In this document: one piece after another, positions 13,258 through 27,724 of the stretch
How the letters are laid out: each line of letters begins with the position of its first letter
Position numbering within the stretch: the stretch's first letter is position 1
Source of the DNA: Phoronis australis
Taxonomy: Eukaryota > Animalia > Phoronida
DNA length: 64,000 nt
Assembly: GCA_002633005.1 (NCBI GenBank)
Contig: NMRA01000202.1
Span: 521,626-585,625 of the forward strand
Direction: 5' to 3'
Notes under the pieces: model-generated
Told to the model about the DNA's origin: nothing
Databases searched by the model: none
The model's input: only the letters and a program-made list of their open reading frames with translations
Made by a program: the position numbers and the translations under genes

Positions 13258-16200
13258 AAAATAGGATTGGTTAGTAAGCTCCCGATACACCATACTCACA
13301 AAACACTCGCATTTCAGTTTTGTGATTCCACAAGTTTTTGCGATATCGTGTTCTTTCGCAAGAAACTTGATCTATAGAACGCTACCCAGGTGATACTTTG
13401 AAGTCTACGCAGCAGTTATTCAACGTCGAACGCCAAGCTTTGTTTTTCCTCAAGAAGGTCTGTAGCCTACATCCAATGAAGAACTATCTGGAGTTCGTAT
13501 AGCAATTATATATGGTGGGATACCAATGCTCAGATTCCGTTCGTAGAAAGCAGGCAATGACTTTCGTAGTAACCATCAAGTAAGTCTCAGAACTTTCACT
13601 ATGAAAATGCTACGTTTTATGACTGAGCCTAGAAGACGTCTATATATTGAATTAAATAACTGGAGCAACCACCTGCTTGAAACTGTCTATTTCATATTTT
13701 CACTGAACATGCTGGCAAAGAAAGGAGATACATTTTATAAGACAACCTGCGCAGTAGGTAATAATCAATAGTTGGGCACCAACAGTGGTGCCACGGGCAA
13801 CTGTCGAAAGCTGTGGGGAGAGACAAGACTGGATCCTCAAGCTTAGGCACAAAAAGTGAACAACTGAAAAGTTATGAGACCCTATTGACCCACGTCGGCG
13901 CAAGTAGGCAGTTCCGCTAGCAGAGATCATTGAGGTCACTGTCCTGGCTATTGTCCCATTGTAATGATTAGTTGACATCTTGGCTGTGCCTCCAGTTCGC
14001 CTGGTTACTAAATTGCCGTCTGAGTACCGGATGGGTATTTCTTTCTTCTAATTTGTGAGTATGGTGGGTAGAGCTGTATTTTCAGCTGTGGAGAACGTTG
14101 CATTTCCTTGATTTTTTGCATTATCAAATGTCGTCTTCTCGGGCACCGAATATTGAATCCGTTTGGATTTCCACTTCTAGGAGCCACAACTTTAAGTTTC
14201 TCTGTTTTAGGAGAGAATTCCCGGGGGTAAAGGACTTGAAAGTATATTTTCCTTCGGCTAACGTGGGGATAATTTCCATCTACTTCCAATCAATGCGTAT
14301 CTTTGACTATGGCTTTGACTTAATTGAAATTTCGACCCTAGCTAAAATGCCACCAATTAGACATGGCCAGCACTGGTCTCTGTTATAAAAACAAACAGAT
14401 CCCACGCAATCACAATAGTGCAATTTTATGTTGAACGTTATGTACATAATGAGATGACAGACAACGTTCCCTTTTATTATGCAAATGGCAGTCAGTATAC
14501 CTGTAGGGTGCGTAGATCTCAGTAAGAAAATGCGATGCAAGAAAAATTCGCCACTTTATCTCGTCTCAAAAATTTTACAGCGTTTAGCATAATACATACA
14601 AAAATACTGTGAATAATTTACCTGTATCACCTGTCTGTCGAAGGTACGCGTAGCAACGGCGACTGCACTTTGATGAGGACCTTATGCTTGGCGGCAGCTG
14701 GTGTTTACTGAAAATAGGAAAGACTGTCACAGTCATTTATTTACCAATGAGAAGCAATGAAAATGCAGGGTCATTCATAAAACGTCATTAGTAAACTTAA
14801 ATCCAGAGCGCACCGTAGCGGTCAGATAGAGAACTAAGCGGCTTCCTTGGAAAAAATCACCTTGTATCTGAATAGATTAGATAAGCAGAAGCTCGCCTTT
14901 CTTCTGAAGTTTTTTCACATGAACATATTACCTTTTTTCAAATGAGAAATCAATGAATGTGACGTCAAATCATATAAACAATGGTTCTTGCTGAATTCAC
15001 GACAGGCAATCCAAACACAATTCGTCTAGCGTTTTTTAACATAGATGTAGTTACTTGTAAACATGGCTCACGGGCCTGCAAAATCAGCCCAATTATTTCA
15101 ACAAACTCGTGTCCACACTCCCAGAAAAACACAGGTAACGGCACCTTAAAAGTTTGGCTCACAGACACGTGTACATTGAAAAGCAGTGGATTTTGAGTCG
15201 CGAAAAAATCCATGGGATGCCAGAGCCGAGTTCACGGTGAGTTGCTTTTAAAGTGATCTACGCTCACATGTATTTATTAACAGGCTGCACAGGTTAAAAT
15301 AGCGCTTGGCTCGTTGTCAGACGAGTTTCCAATGTTTCACAGATTTACCCAAAAATAAACGTTTGTTATTCGTTCGGCCACTAACGCATGGCACTGGGTT
15401 ATGAATACTTATTGGACAAAAAGGTCCGCCCGCTCTTTTGTTAGCCCCCAAATTTGAAGGCTGGGTGCGCGCATGCTTTGTGAGGACATGTTTCCAAGCT
15501 TCAGGATAAAACTTTAACGTTAGATCATGTGTTGCAATCCCAGCAAGAACTCCATAGATGGCGCCACATTCAATACGTGTTTTGGCCACATTTGCCCGCC
15601 TCGAGGTGGTTTCATCAATATGTGAAGACAGACTTGAACGCTCTGGGAACGAGGTTTGAGACAGGCCAAGAGTTCCTCGATTTACTCCGGTGTCCGTAAT
15701 TACTTATTTCACGGACGTACTTCCTGTCTAACCCTAGCAGTGTGGAATGCATGACATTATTTTCCTTTTGTGGCGAGTCAGTTGGACGCTCGTGCCATCT
15801 TGGACGAGTTGTACCAGTGGTGACACGGTCGGCAAGTTTAAAACCACGCAACAGTATTTGAAGAAGAACCAATCAACATTCAGTTTACAAAAGTCAGTTG
15901 AAGGAACAAATCACAATCTGCACTTAAAAAGATCGAATTTCATTTTGTGTTTGTTTTAGTTGTCTTACCGCAAACATTTGTTCTCTCTTCAGGCCATAAA
16001 TACGAATGTTACCTTTCTCAAAAAGTTAGGGTACCAATACACTGGTTTCCTGTTCGTCAATTCCAAATGGGCGTGAACATGGGACATTTGGTTATTTAAT
16101 GTCAAGTGAGATGTCGAGTGAACTCCATTGTGTCGGAGTGAGCTCCATTGTGTCGGACGTACATTATTGCGTCGATGAAGCACATCGTCAACGGAACGTG

Positions 16201-17623
16201 AACCTGACACTTTTGGCGCGATCATTGCTTGCGAGCAACTTTCCACAAGGTGACGCTGAAGGCGTTCCAAATAACAGAGCTGCATTGACTAACGAATAAT
16301 GCAATTCTGTACCTAGGACTTGGCTTTCAAGCGTTCAAGATTGAAAAGCATTTTCATCTGATCTATATTTACACCATCATCAAAGTCTTGATAATCGTTC
16401 CAGAGCATGCCAAATTGCAAATAGCACAGACTTTACTTGGCACTATTGTTTACGGAAAGAATTCCTAAGTTACACTGCCCACCATCTATGCTGACATGTC
16501 AGCGCGTAAAGAACGAATAACAGTAAGGAGCTGGTTTGGACAGCCGAACTTTTCCAGCACTTTCGATAACGTCCTACGGTTAAGGGTGTCAAAACCCTCT
16601 GTTAAGTCAATGAAGACCACGCTCCACTGCTGCTCGCGAAATGTGAATAGTACAGCTAGTTATAATATGTTTATTCACAAATTTCAGTTAAGCCTATATT
16701 CTAATAATAAATGTTTTCAAAACATTTTACCTGATGTCAATCAACAGAAACTGCAACATGTGAATAACTCTGCTGAGTTTGACCAACTAACGATCAAAAG
16801 GAATTTTCTCGTAGAAAGTGTCCGTTGTAATTTCATGTAATTCCTTACATTTTCAGTTCAAAGACGGCTAATCTGACATATTCATTTAGTTCGATTGGAC
16901 TTAAACTTCCAACTGCCATAATTTGCCATTATCCAAAATCGATATGAATGATGAATTTAATCAGCGAGTAGAAATATATCTCGTAATAGTTTATTAAGCT
17001 TTAGGACTCCTTTCATCAACCAGGTGCTTGAATTAATAGAAATTGGTTTGAGAAAGATGGCAATTATCGCACAGTTCTGTAAATGCAATGATAAACCGAC
17101 AACGTCTTTGCTTTTCAAAGGACAGAAGAGTCATTTTCGACAATCTCCTGTTTGTAACAGCCCCGGTAAAGGAGCAACGTGTGGAGTGACAAGCGAGGGA
17201 ACACTGATTTACTCGAGCCGGTTAAAGTTTTCGAAACTTGTTCAGTGCGTCGCCACTTTCGGTTTGAGGAGCTGTTATAGTTGCCATTCATTTCATTTTG
17301 ATAGAGATAGTCTGAACAAGTTCACTCAATAAGTAAAACATGTCACTTTAATCAAAAAGGTCTACAGTCCAAAACTCAGACGTGTGTGCTTGCATGTTCC
17401 CGCAATTTAAACAAATTTATACAGTATTTTCAAAGCGTTTTGGACACTGAGTGAGGCAAATTAAGTTTGACATCCCCCCACCTCAACTAAAACTCTGGCA
17501 ATCATGGGATTATTTTTAGTGCAACCGAGTGTTACGATACCAGTGATCTTTAGAATCTTCAGGAATACTCGTCCTGTGTTCACCATGCACATAAGCAGTC
17601 AACAGGTATTCAAAAGTGGATTA

Positions 17624-17760
17624 GAGGTGAATTTTTGTTTTTTGCGAAATTTGAGAAGTGTGAGGTCATAAATTTTGTTTTTTTTTCCGTTACAGCCGCC
17701 TGAACAGAGGCACCTCTGGCAAAAATGTGAAATTTACATACATGTCTGAAAAACCACCTC
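17624..17760. mobile_element. Small PIF/Harbinger-like MITE
   Basis: TTA|GAGGTGAATTTTT...AAAAACCACCTC|TAA: short TIRs with TWA flanks. Confidence 0.45.
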
Positions 17761-18249
17761 TAACTAAATCAACGACCGAACTCCTTTTTAAAGCGGATTA
17801 ATTTCGTTGCACTGTGTTGGTTCCATGTTTTTACGGATTTGATTTTATTCCCTGGTTCACTGATTTTCTTGCGTTGGCGTCAGTAAACTTTTTTGGATTT
17901 TGATTACCACGAATAGTAGCGTCTTGGTTTCTACACAAAAAGTTAGGCCGATGAATTGTTTTTCTTTGCTGTTTCATTTTGCTTCCCATCGGATTTTCTA
18001 TAAAATGAAAATAGGTCACTGGCTTAGCTTTTGAGTACTTTTAACTCAAACAGCGTTACATAAGAATGCGCAATTGTACAGTCTCAATTAGCCTGCCAGC
18101 ATCAAGATCACGATTATCTCGTTGCGTTTCAATAGATGTTCATTATGCTGTGTTGCCGGGATTGAGAATTCTAAAACGAGATTTTTTTTTCAAAATTATC
18201 GCTTCAATAGCTAACACCTGAATACTTTGATTGGGTTTGTCTGGTGTTG

Positions 18250-18350
18250 ATGGGCGGAGCAGTATTGAAAATAGTGGGGTCATAGCTCCCCCAGCCACCC
18301 TATGGTGCACTGCCTATAGACTATGGGCGGTACAGCTAGCACCGCCCATG
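18250..18350. repeat. Short palindromic element ATGGGCGG...CCGCCCATG (family shared with 39284-39425)
   Basis: Terminal inverted repeat and an internal GTGGGG...ATAGC.CCCCCAGCC motif are shared with the copy at 39284. Confidence 0.6.
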
Positions 18351-18603
18351 TTGTTGACGTCATTGTAAAATTTGACGTTGCGCGCTATTATTTAACGCTA
18401 CTATAACTAAAAATAAACGCAAAATCAGCGTACTTCAAATTAACTAATTTTTTATTTGAAATAAAAGGATAATATTCAAATGTTGTATAACTTAGTAATT
18501 GTCGCAAAACAACTACTCCTTTACGGCTTTATGACAACTACAATTACGTTAAATAGTTCCACATACACATAGGAACACTACTGCCGTAACCTATCGAGAA
18601 TTC

Positions 18604-18664
18604 ATTTCATCTGGGAATGTCCCAACGAGACCGAAGGTCGATTTGGGACATTCCCAGATGAAAT
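18604..18664. repeat. Perfect 22-bp inverted repeat (hairpin)
   Basis: ATTTCATCTGGGAATGTCCCAA ... TTGGGACATTCCCAGATGAAAT, with inner GACC-GAA-GGTC. A third partial arm lies at ~18693. Confidence 0.9.
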
Positions 18665-18736
18665 AAATTCGAGATATGATATCGCAGTAGTATTCTGGGA
18701 ATGTCCCAACCCGACCGATTTATCCCATATATATGG

Positions 18737-20750
18737 ACTTATTTGCATCATCGTCGCAAAACCTTGTTGCGGTGTGCTTCGGCTCGTTGTTATATTGACG
18801 ACATATGTATGACAAGTACGGTACCTAAGCCGGTTAAGCGACAAGACTTATCTGTCGAAGTGTTGAATAACCAGTAAAGATTTATTTCCTAATAAATTGA
18901 TTAGATTTTTCAGTTTGTGAAATATACAAGTTAAAGCACTGAGCCATTAAAAATATCAAAAGTTTGTCGGAAACTTAGAAACAATCCATCCGGGAATATA
19001 AAAGTTGAAACATTCCCTGACTGAACAGTTGGCAGTGCGTCGTTTTAACTTCGGTGAATTTCTTAGTTTTCTTCGTCAATTTTCGTGTCTTAGCTTCAGG
19101 ACAGTAAATAGTAATAGAAACAATTCCCCGTGTTGGTCACAACATTGGAATAACGGTGAAAACTGTGCTGATTTGCTGAACTTGAGGTAAGAACTGTATC
19201 GCAAAAAGCAGATTGTACGCTACGACCGTCAGCTTCGGAGAGTTGAACGCTGCGAGCAACGATCGTCTCAGTGAAAACACATACTCGACATTAAGGCGCA
19301 ATTCCCAATAAAGACTTTAATTCTCAGTATACAGCTGTACATATAGTGTATGTATCAATAACGAAACGTTTTATTTGGATTTGAATTAGAGATTTTTGGC
19401 TGATTTCGTTGGCCGGGGACGCTATTTAGCTTGACCTATTTATGATGAACCAGACTGAAATTTCAGCGAGGTCCAAAATTAGCCGCCTGATCGCCGTGCG
19501 TCGGAATTTTCATCGATAAATTGTTCATGTTTTTAGAGCAGTACAAATGCTTTTACAGTAACGACGCCTTGTATCAATGTTCTAGGTAACCCAAATGATT
19601 GAGCTTAATCAAATTTGACGTGGTACACGAGAATTTACTCCACCAGCAGACTGCAAACCAATAGTGAAATATGGCTTCTACCGTTGAATACGGCCTCGTA
19701 AGTAGTATACAGATTGGTTCTACTTTCCCGTATGCCACAGTTGATAACGTGACGTATACAACATCCATACATTAAAATATTTTTGGGGATATAAGTGAAC
19801 TTATTTGCATCATTGCTGCAAAACCTTGTTGCCGTGTGCTCCGGCTTGTTGTTAGATGACGTCATATGTATGCCAAGTACGGTACCCAAGCAGGTTACGC
19901 GACAACTGTTAAAGTGTTGAATAACCAGTAAAGATTTCCTAATAAATTGATTAGATTTTTCAGTTTGTGAAATATACAAGTTAAAGCACTTAACCATTGA
20001 AGTATCAAAAGTTTGTCGGAAATTTAGAAACAATCCATTTATAAAAGTTGAAACATTCCCTGGACAGTTGTGCAGCAGTGTGTCGTCTTAGCTTCGATGA
20101 ATTTTTTAGTTTTCTTCGTCTATTTTCGCATCTTAGCTTTTGGACTATAAATAGTAATAGAAACATTTCCCCGTGCTGATCACAGAATTGGAAACGGTGG
20201 AAACTGTGCTGATTTGCTGAACTTCAGGTAGGGACTGTATCGCAAAAAGCAGATTTTGCGCTACGACCGGCAGCGACGGAGAGTTGAACGCTGCGAGCAG
20301 ACGATCGTCTCAGTAAAAACGCATTCGATATTAGGTCGCAATTCCTTGTAAAGACCTTTGTTCTCAGTGTGCATATACTGTATGCATCCATAACGAGACG
20401 TTGTCGTTGGATTTAATTTGGATTAGATTTTTGATTGATTTTGTTGGCCGAAGACGCTACTTGGCTTGACCTATTTATGATGACCCAGATTGAAACTTCA
20501 GCGAGGCCCTGCCGCCTGATAACCGTGCGACGGAATTCTCATCGATAAATCGTTTGTTTTTAGAGCAGTAAAACTGCTTTTTCAGTGTCGACGCCTTGCA
20601 TCAATGTTTTAGGTAACTCAAATGATTGAGCCTAATCAAATTTGGCGTGGTACACGAGAATTTACTCCACCAGCAGACTGCAAACCAACCGTGAAATACG
20701 GCGTCTACTGTTGAATACGGCTTCGACCATAGAAAACGGATTGGATCTAC
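18737..20750. repeat. Tandem duplication of a ~1.0-1.06-kb unit (18737-19725 and 19797-20750)
   Basis: Colinear matches throughout, e.g. ACTTATTTGCATCAT, AAATTGATTAGATTTTTCAGTTTGTGAAATATACAAGTTAAAGCACT and GTACACGAGAATTTACTCCACCAGCAGACTGCAAACCAA. Moderately diverged. Confidence 0.95.
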
Positions 20751-23700
20751 AATATGTTATACAGCGCACGTGATGATAACTGTGGGTTATTGTATCACGA
20801 TACGTGATATGCACGTTGATTTAAACAAAATATATTTACTATGACACACTAAGAGAAACTGCGACTGAAAATTACATCAGCAATTATGCATTTATTAAAT
20901 TAAAGTATTCATTTCCTTACTAGGTTAATGTTAAGATATTGTCGTTACATCGCGTTTTTCTGTACTGAAGTATTTGCTTGGTTTTCGGGGCATGTAAAGT
21001 TGAAGACATTTCATACATCCGAGTTCAGAAATCTTTGCCCGAGAAATGACAGTTTAAAAGTGTATAATTCTGCAATAAATCAAATGTAATCATTGCTCAA
21101 CTATTTACAACCAAAAGCTAGTCGTACCCAGAATCTTGAGTGTTTATATCCATGTACGCTCGCATTTATTACCCTTGGGTTTATTATCTGTCATCATTTA
21201 AAGTCAAAACATTGGATCATTTTATTTGTGAGATTACTTAACGTAACTCCGTCATTTATGGTAACGACATATCAAGAACGTCAGAATTTAAGTCATACAT
21301 GTTCACGGGAATTTGCTGTCAGAAATGAGCGATTGACTAGTAGCCCATTAATGACAACTTTATTACTTGAAGAAGTTCTTGACTTACTTGTTTATATCTA
21401 TCAATTTTTGTTTCAAGCAAGGTTAACGCCAACAAGATGAGTATAGCCTGTTCTGTAATGTAGCTAATAGCCGAATAATTGAAAAAGAATACAAAACGAT
21501 TTCGTCCCATACGCGCCTCACTGACTTTATGACAAATTTGCTTCTAGTGGACATGGCATACAAGTATTCAATATACTATTTTAACTGAAATAAAGACTAT
21601 ACAGCACTTGACTGACAAGACTGTGAATTTAGCCAAATATCAGCCAAACTATAGATTTTGACTCGGTGAACGTATATATTTTCCGATAGTACACAGCGTG
21701 TAGACTTTGATTTGATATTAATCTGTCATCAGTTGGGTCACGTAACCGTGTCTTTTTAGTAGAATATAGGAAAAAGAAAGATACGTTCACAGCAAAACTA
21801 CGGTATCTATAAAGCGCCAAATTTTCTTTGATATCAATGTTCAAGATGAATTCTCATGATGATTTAGAAAATTTGACTTCGGTTATCAGGTTTCCAAATA
21901 CACGCACACTGACGCAGTTTTATTTTGTGAACGACCAAAAAACAAAGTTGAACGTTACCATTTATGACGGCGTATTTCGCTTTCCATGCAACTTTGGACC
22001 TTTTGCTCGATTTCTATTAAAATAAATACAGTACTATTACAATTCGCTGGAAAGTGATGATGAATTCGAGTATTCGTTGGCTACAATAGGTAAGAAATTT
22101 TCTGGCGTTCTGGTTTATCTGGAAGGTCATTTGGGCATTTCGATTGGTTGGAAGTTGGGAAATGCCTTTGCGCATCCTCTTTCCGCTTCGTTTTTTTAAC
22201 TAGCTTCATAAAACGGGTTTTAGTGAAAGTTAGTTCGGTTGAAATGTAAGCCAAAATAATGCTCATTCCATATAGCTCCCAAAATATTTTCAAATTGAAC
22301 TGAATTTAATGTGAAATTTTTAGTTTAATTTTGTTTTTCGTAGTGCACCACCACTTAAATGGCTGCCGTAGTGAGTAGCAGCTGATTCGTGCATCACGAG
22401 CACTCACTTAACTAATGTCATTTACATAATAAGGTTTCCGCTGAAGTCCCGAGACAATTTGAACGGTTGAAATAAGCATACAAATCAGATAGTGGCTTAG
22501 TATGTGGCAAAATCTGACCAATAGCCTCGTTTCCGAAATCCACACCAGATTCAAATGCTAATAGAGCCTGAGTTTGAGCGTTGTAGGCAATGCACCTCTT
22601 CAGAGATGGCGCTGTAAAACAGTGTAGCTACGCCAGTGCTGTTGGGTCCGAGTACGATGTGTAGTTCTCTCACTTTTCTGGTGTACCTTCAATGGTCGAG
22701 TCGCCGTGGCGTAAAAATGACCTTGGATAACAATTCAAACCGACGTAGTCTATACGGAAGTAAAATACAATAAACTACAATAGTCATTACATCCGCCTCG
22801 CCCTATGGAAATCATATAACATAATACTTATATGATGTGCGTCAGACAACAATCGTCCCCTACAACCCAGAAACCGTTTGACGAGACAAATAATGCCAGA
22901 AACAGGTAGCAAATCTTCAGTTGATCAGGCATACAGTGTTTGTCATTGTGCGACGTCCTCATAGCGCAGCACTCCGGTTTGAATTATCGTTAATGTACGT
23001 CGCCGCGCGTAAGCGCCAGTCCGTTCGTACGCCATGTGACGCCCGTGCGATCACACCAATAAGTTGTCGGCGCCATATTTCAAGAAGGAAGTTTTGGATT
23101 TTGTCCATACTCCATACTTTGTCATAAGGTGTGAGCGGGACATCAGGCTCCAATGAGGGGCCAGTCCCGTTTTTGACCATGACCTCGTTTTTAAGGTCAT
23201 AGAATTTGGGGATATTAACCTTATTTTTACAAGAAATTTACTATTTGAATTAGAAATATTGTTGGCGCAATAAGGAAGCCGAAATTTCAAGATATATCAC
23301 ATCATACCATATGAAATCAATTTTCACTACTAAATTTTCTCCTTTGAACATTTAGTAATTTTGTTGGGTGATCATTTTCAGGCATGTTTAAAATAAGTTG
23401 TAATTAAGACTTTCATCTGACTTATCTCTACACAAAAGTCTATACGACATAAAATTATGCTATGAAGCCTAGAAATTTCTGTGCATCTCAGGACGGCGGC
23501 CGGAACGATGCATACACTGTGTGACAGTGCCGCGCTTTGGCGTTTGCCTGTCCAGCCAAAACTGGAGCTTAGAGATAGAAAACGGGATTGAAGGACACGG
23601 TCATGGAATCGTTTCCATCCTCTGCTTATTAATTATACGTACAGAGAACACGGCTTTGTTTACATCTGGTGCACTTCCTTCATGTGCTTAAGAATTAATC

Positions 23701-24061
23701 AGTGCAGCTTTAACAACTATTACTCCAGTCACGCGTGTGAGCAGTATGACTCACTGTAGGATAGGTAATTCTCATCACCCATATTTAAGATCCCATTTTA
23801 AATACGTAAAAGTTGTTATCCCACTGGGAAATCTGTGTACCAGCATGGCCAACGACCGGTGTTAACGGATGGGAAACTCGACCTGTCGCTCAACGTCTGT
23901 GTATACCTTTGCAAGATTGAGCTATGTTGATATTTAAGGGGTGTGCTTTGTACAAAGATATTACCTGCAACTACCCAGGTAACTTAATATCAAAATTAAC
24001 AAAAACGTTGTATATTATAGAATATTAACCGATCCCAGGGCTGACGTCAGGTCATTTGGAC

Positions 24062-24067
24062 CGAGAC

Positions 24068-24098
<31 letters not shown>

Positions 24099-24163
24099 GG
24101 GAGGGAGGGAGGGAGAGAGGGACGGACGGACGGAGGCAGGGAGGGAGAGGTAGAGAGGGGGGG
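24062..24163 (+). repeat. (GA)n/(GAGG)n purine-rich microsatellite
   Basis: Directly visible simple repeat. Confidence 0.9.
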
Positions 24164-24333
24164 TAATATTGCCATCAGCCGTTGGCCTCGGGCAGTGCTC
24201 TCGCGAGGTTTGTATCCCATGGCGAAAACTTGCCGACTGATTCGTCGCTGCCTCGCGATCGTCGATAGGGCAACTTAAATTCTTGAGAAAAAATACAGTT
24301 TTGACTCAACAAAGTACCTGAAATCTTCCTTAA

Positions 24334-25220
24334 AGGAGAATGCCACCCAAAAACAACCTATTTTGTATCAATTTAGATCGAGTGGTTCCATTCGATAACA
24401 GAAAGTACGGTTCTTTTACCTGACACAAGACGGCAGACGGAGGAGTTGAAGTTAACTAATTACGACAGAGGTTCGAACGCAGTCTGTTCAGCAGTTCACA
24501 ACACGCTTACTGGTGTCAGCTTATCGGTTGAATTCATCATTTTACACCAAAAAATCAACAAAATCCGATGTAAAACCCTTACAAATACATCGAGTTATTG
24601 AACAAATGTGTTGTTTTATTTCGCTGTTACGGATTTATAGGTATTGGAACGTATCGTAGCCTACAAAGTTCGGTGGGCCAATTTACCAAGGTCGGTCGCG
24701 GGAGTTTTGGGCCCTGTTCGGTGATAAATTCGAATTATTCGTCCGTGAAATACAGACAGGGGAACATATAACTGTGTATTGTAATTTTAGACTTTAGTTT
24801 TTTTTTCAGTTCTAAACACACAAAAACGCTTGTTATCCCGGCCAGTGGCTAGGAACCCAATCAGGCCCGTCGCGGCCGGCCTGAAGACATCACGAACATA
24901 AACCAGCCAAAGTTAGAAACTAAACTTCCAGTCACGAAAAGACTATACTAGTGAGACACAGAAATAATGTGCACGTGATTATTTCGATGAATCAGTCGCA
25001 AAAGTGCAAATCAACTTACTAGCTCGTCGGGGGCCGCGAAGTCAGGTTACTGTTCCACAGCAAAACCGTCAGGGCAAAAGCTGCGCAGTAACAATGATTC
25101 GAATAATGTATATGAATATCTAAATAAAGATTCCACTATCATCTGATCATAGGATATACAATCGAGATGTTGCTTCACAACAGCTTAATGTCAGCAATCA
25201 CTGAATTAGCATGCGCTCAC
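24334..25220 (-). mobile_element. Partial Kolobok family B copy (right-end ~0.9 kb, inverted)
   Basis: TTAA|AGGAGAATGCCACCCAAAAACAACCTATTT. Reverse-complement match to ~42220-43098. Confidence 0.88.
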
Positions 25221-27289
25221 ACGGCCAACATGTGGAGAATTTCTCGCTTACACTGGTTACCGCTTTGATTCCCTAAGCCCCAGACGACTTTTACGATGCC
25301 TATTCAGCACGCCCTTTGTATTGATGTAGATCTGAGCTAATGAAGTGGAAAGATAATTGCTAGCATTACTGTCTCAACAATATTTGTTGTTAGTACCCCC
25401 AATTTGGTTTTCTCTGACATTTGCAGAGTCACAGCCTGCAACTCTGGAGAGTAGTTTTAACTTGGTACATTATAAATATTACAAAATGACTAAAAAGGTT
25501 AACTTGTGTTTATCTTCACAAAGGGTCACTTCCCAAAGGAACGATAAGCTTCATATTGGTTTTCTTTATTTAATTTTTAATGCTTCTGCCCACTTGTTTT
25601 TTTTTTCTTACCGGGAACCGGGCTGATAACTTTTTATCTAAATTTTAAACTTGAAGTACCAAAACAGTGGTAGATTTTGATCGCCAGCTAAACTTAATTA
25701 GTTAAGTTCATTGTGAGCCCATCCCTAAACTTACCACATTACAGGTGCACTAAACAGTTCACATGTCATTAAAGTTTATTCTTTATTAGAACTCAAATCA
25801 TAAAATATATACAAAAGTGCAAATATGGTGATAACCAAACTGAAGGTTTGGAATCTCTGGACAATTTCGGTGGCATTGACTATATAACTATTCTAGCTTT
25901 TTGTCAGTAATAAAAAATGAAAAGTGAGCACACCAACTGTTTCCTGGTCAAAAACCTGGTTAAACGAGATTGAAAGAATATTAAAAATGAATCCATGTGA
26001 TATTGTTAACTCTAATCAGCGTATGTATATCCACCGAGTATATCAATACGTGCGGTAGTTTATCTTCAATCGTACCCAATGGTTGTAGCTTTTAGATTAT
26101 CAGTTCATCGTTTTTCAAAAATCAAAAACCGTACTTGGTTGTTATTTTTCCAGTTGAATACCGCCGTGGTGTCCGTTTATATCTAAAATTAGTAGTTAAT
26201 GCATTTTGAAAATTCGCCATTATGTACAGTCAGAGATGTTTAATACTGCTTATGGTCGGATAATTACATTTAATTGGGTCTTGCTCGCATCGGGCACTGC
26301 GGTCATCACAATTGTACCTGATTCCGGCGCCGCGCGCTCTTTGATCTTGGTACAAGCCGCTCGGAAGGACTAGCGGTGAACATTCCGGAGGGATCGGCCT
26401 ATACTGTTTTATTGTACTACCACCGATGCTTCCTTCCCTGATTTTATCATCTTGGCGTATTACTCATGAATCCACGGTTTCGTCCACCATCTTGAATTGG
26501 TAATGAGACAGAATAAATAAAACCAATTCACGCCCGCTTCCCATGTAAGTGGGCTGGAGATTAAGGGATTTTAAAACCAATATTTTAGGAAAGATCCCAA
26601 CTAGATTGTCAAAAAGTTGCAATTATGTCATTCTCAGGTTTGCCCAAAATTCATATTTCTTCCTGAGAACCTCCTATGCTCAATTTTGGAGTGCTTTGTA
26701 GAAAATGCTGACATTGTCTGAAAAATACGGTAATTAGCAAGGTCAGCCAGCGTGGCTGACGTTTTCAGGAAGTCAACTACACTATAACCGATCAGCCTTG
26801 CATCGGCAGCCCAGCGAAGCCGACATTCACGAAGAGAAAAAAGCTAACTTCACAAATAATCTGAACGATTCTGTGTATGAACAAAACAGACGTTTTTCAC
26901 AACATAAATGTATTGTCAAGAGCTGTTTTCGCCATTTACTCGTTATTTTAGAGACTTCTGCATTTTATTGACGTCTCTCCAAAGAGGCCAATGCGTTAAA
27001 ATCTTCTTGTTTACTCTACCTACTTCTTACGCGCTACTCATGCTCAATTCGAAACCGTTGACTCATGTAGTAGATTGGTGACACTGCAGTTACTGCCAAT
27101 TTGCAGTGCCAAAAATTAAATTATAGGGTTAGCCCAGTCCTGGGTACACTTCTGAAGTAGGCGTTGCATGTAGGCTCAGTGAATCTGGTTTGCTTGTGTC
27201 TTATTTGTGAACATGTCGGGAATGAGAGATGACGACTTGCTTGGCTTTAGCCGCACTCTTCTTCAAGATGGCGGTACCCTGTTCCATTT

Positions 27290-27724
27290 CACCCTCGTCC
27301 CCAAGACTCAAGATAGCGCTGAACGATTTAGCCACTTGAGGCTTGATTATGGGAAATCAAATGTGTCAAATGTGCCGGAATATTATGAGTGATCTAAAGT
27401 TATATCAACTTTGAAATTTTCTGCAGTATAATATAAAAATAAAAACTAGGGGTATATTGCTGCAATTTAGATCTAAGTTATTAAAAAAGTGATGTACTTT
27501 GACTCGAAAACAGATTTTAATTTCTCTGATACTATTAGTAAAAAAGAATTGAGAATAAGTACGCGAACAACTTTTATTTCAAGCGATAACCAAAGCTTCA
27601 TGAATGGCAACAACAACGTCTGTGAAAATAATTAAAATCTGCCTTTGTTTTAATGGGGTCAAGGCAGCGGCCAATCAAATGGCTAAACCAATCAGCGACA
27701 TCTTGAGGCTTGGGAACGAGGCTG
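27290..27724. mobile_element. Mutator (MULE)-like MITE with ~50-bp TIRs and 9-bp TSD
   Basis: GTTCCATTT at 27281-27289 and 27725-27733. TIRs CACCCTCGTCCCCAAGACTCAAGATAGCGCTGA / TCAGCGACATCTTGAGGCTTGGGAACGAGGCTG. A solo arm is also present at ~28140-28186. Confidence 0.85.
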
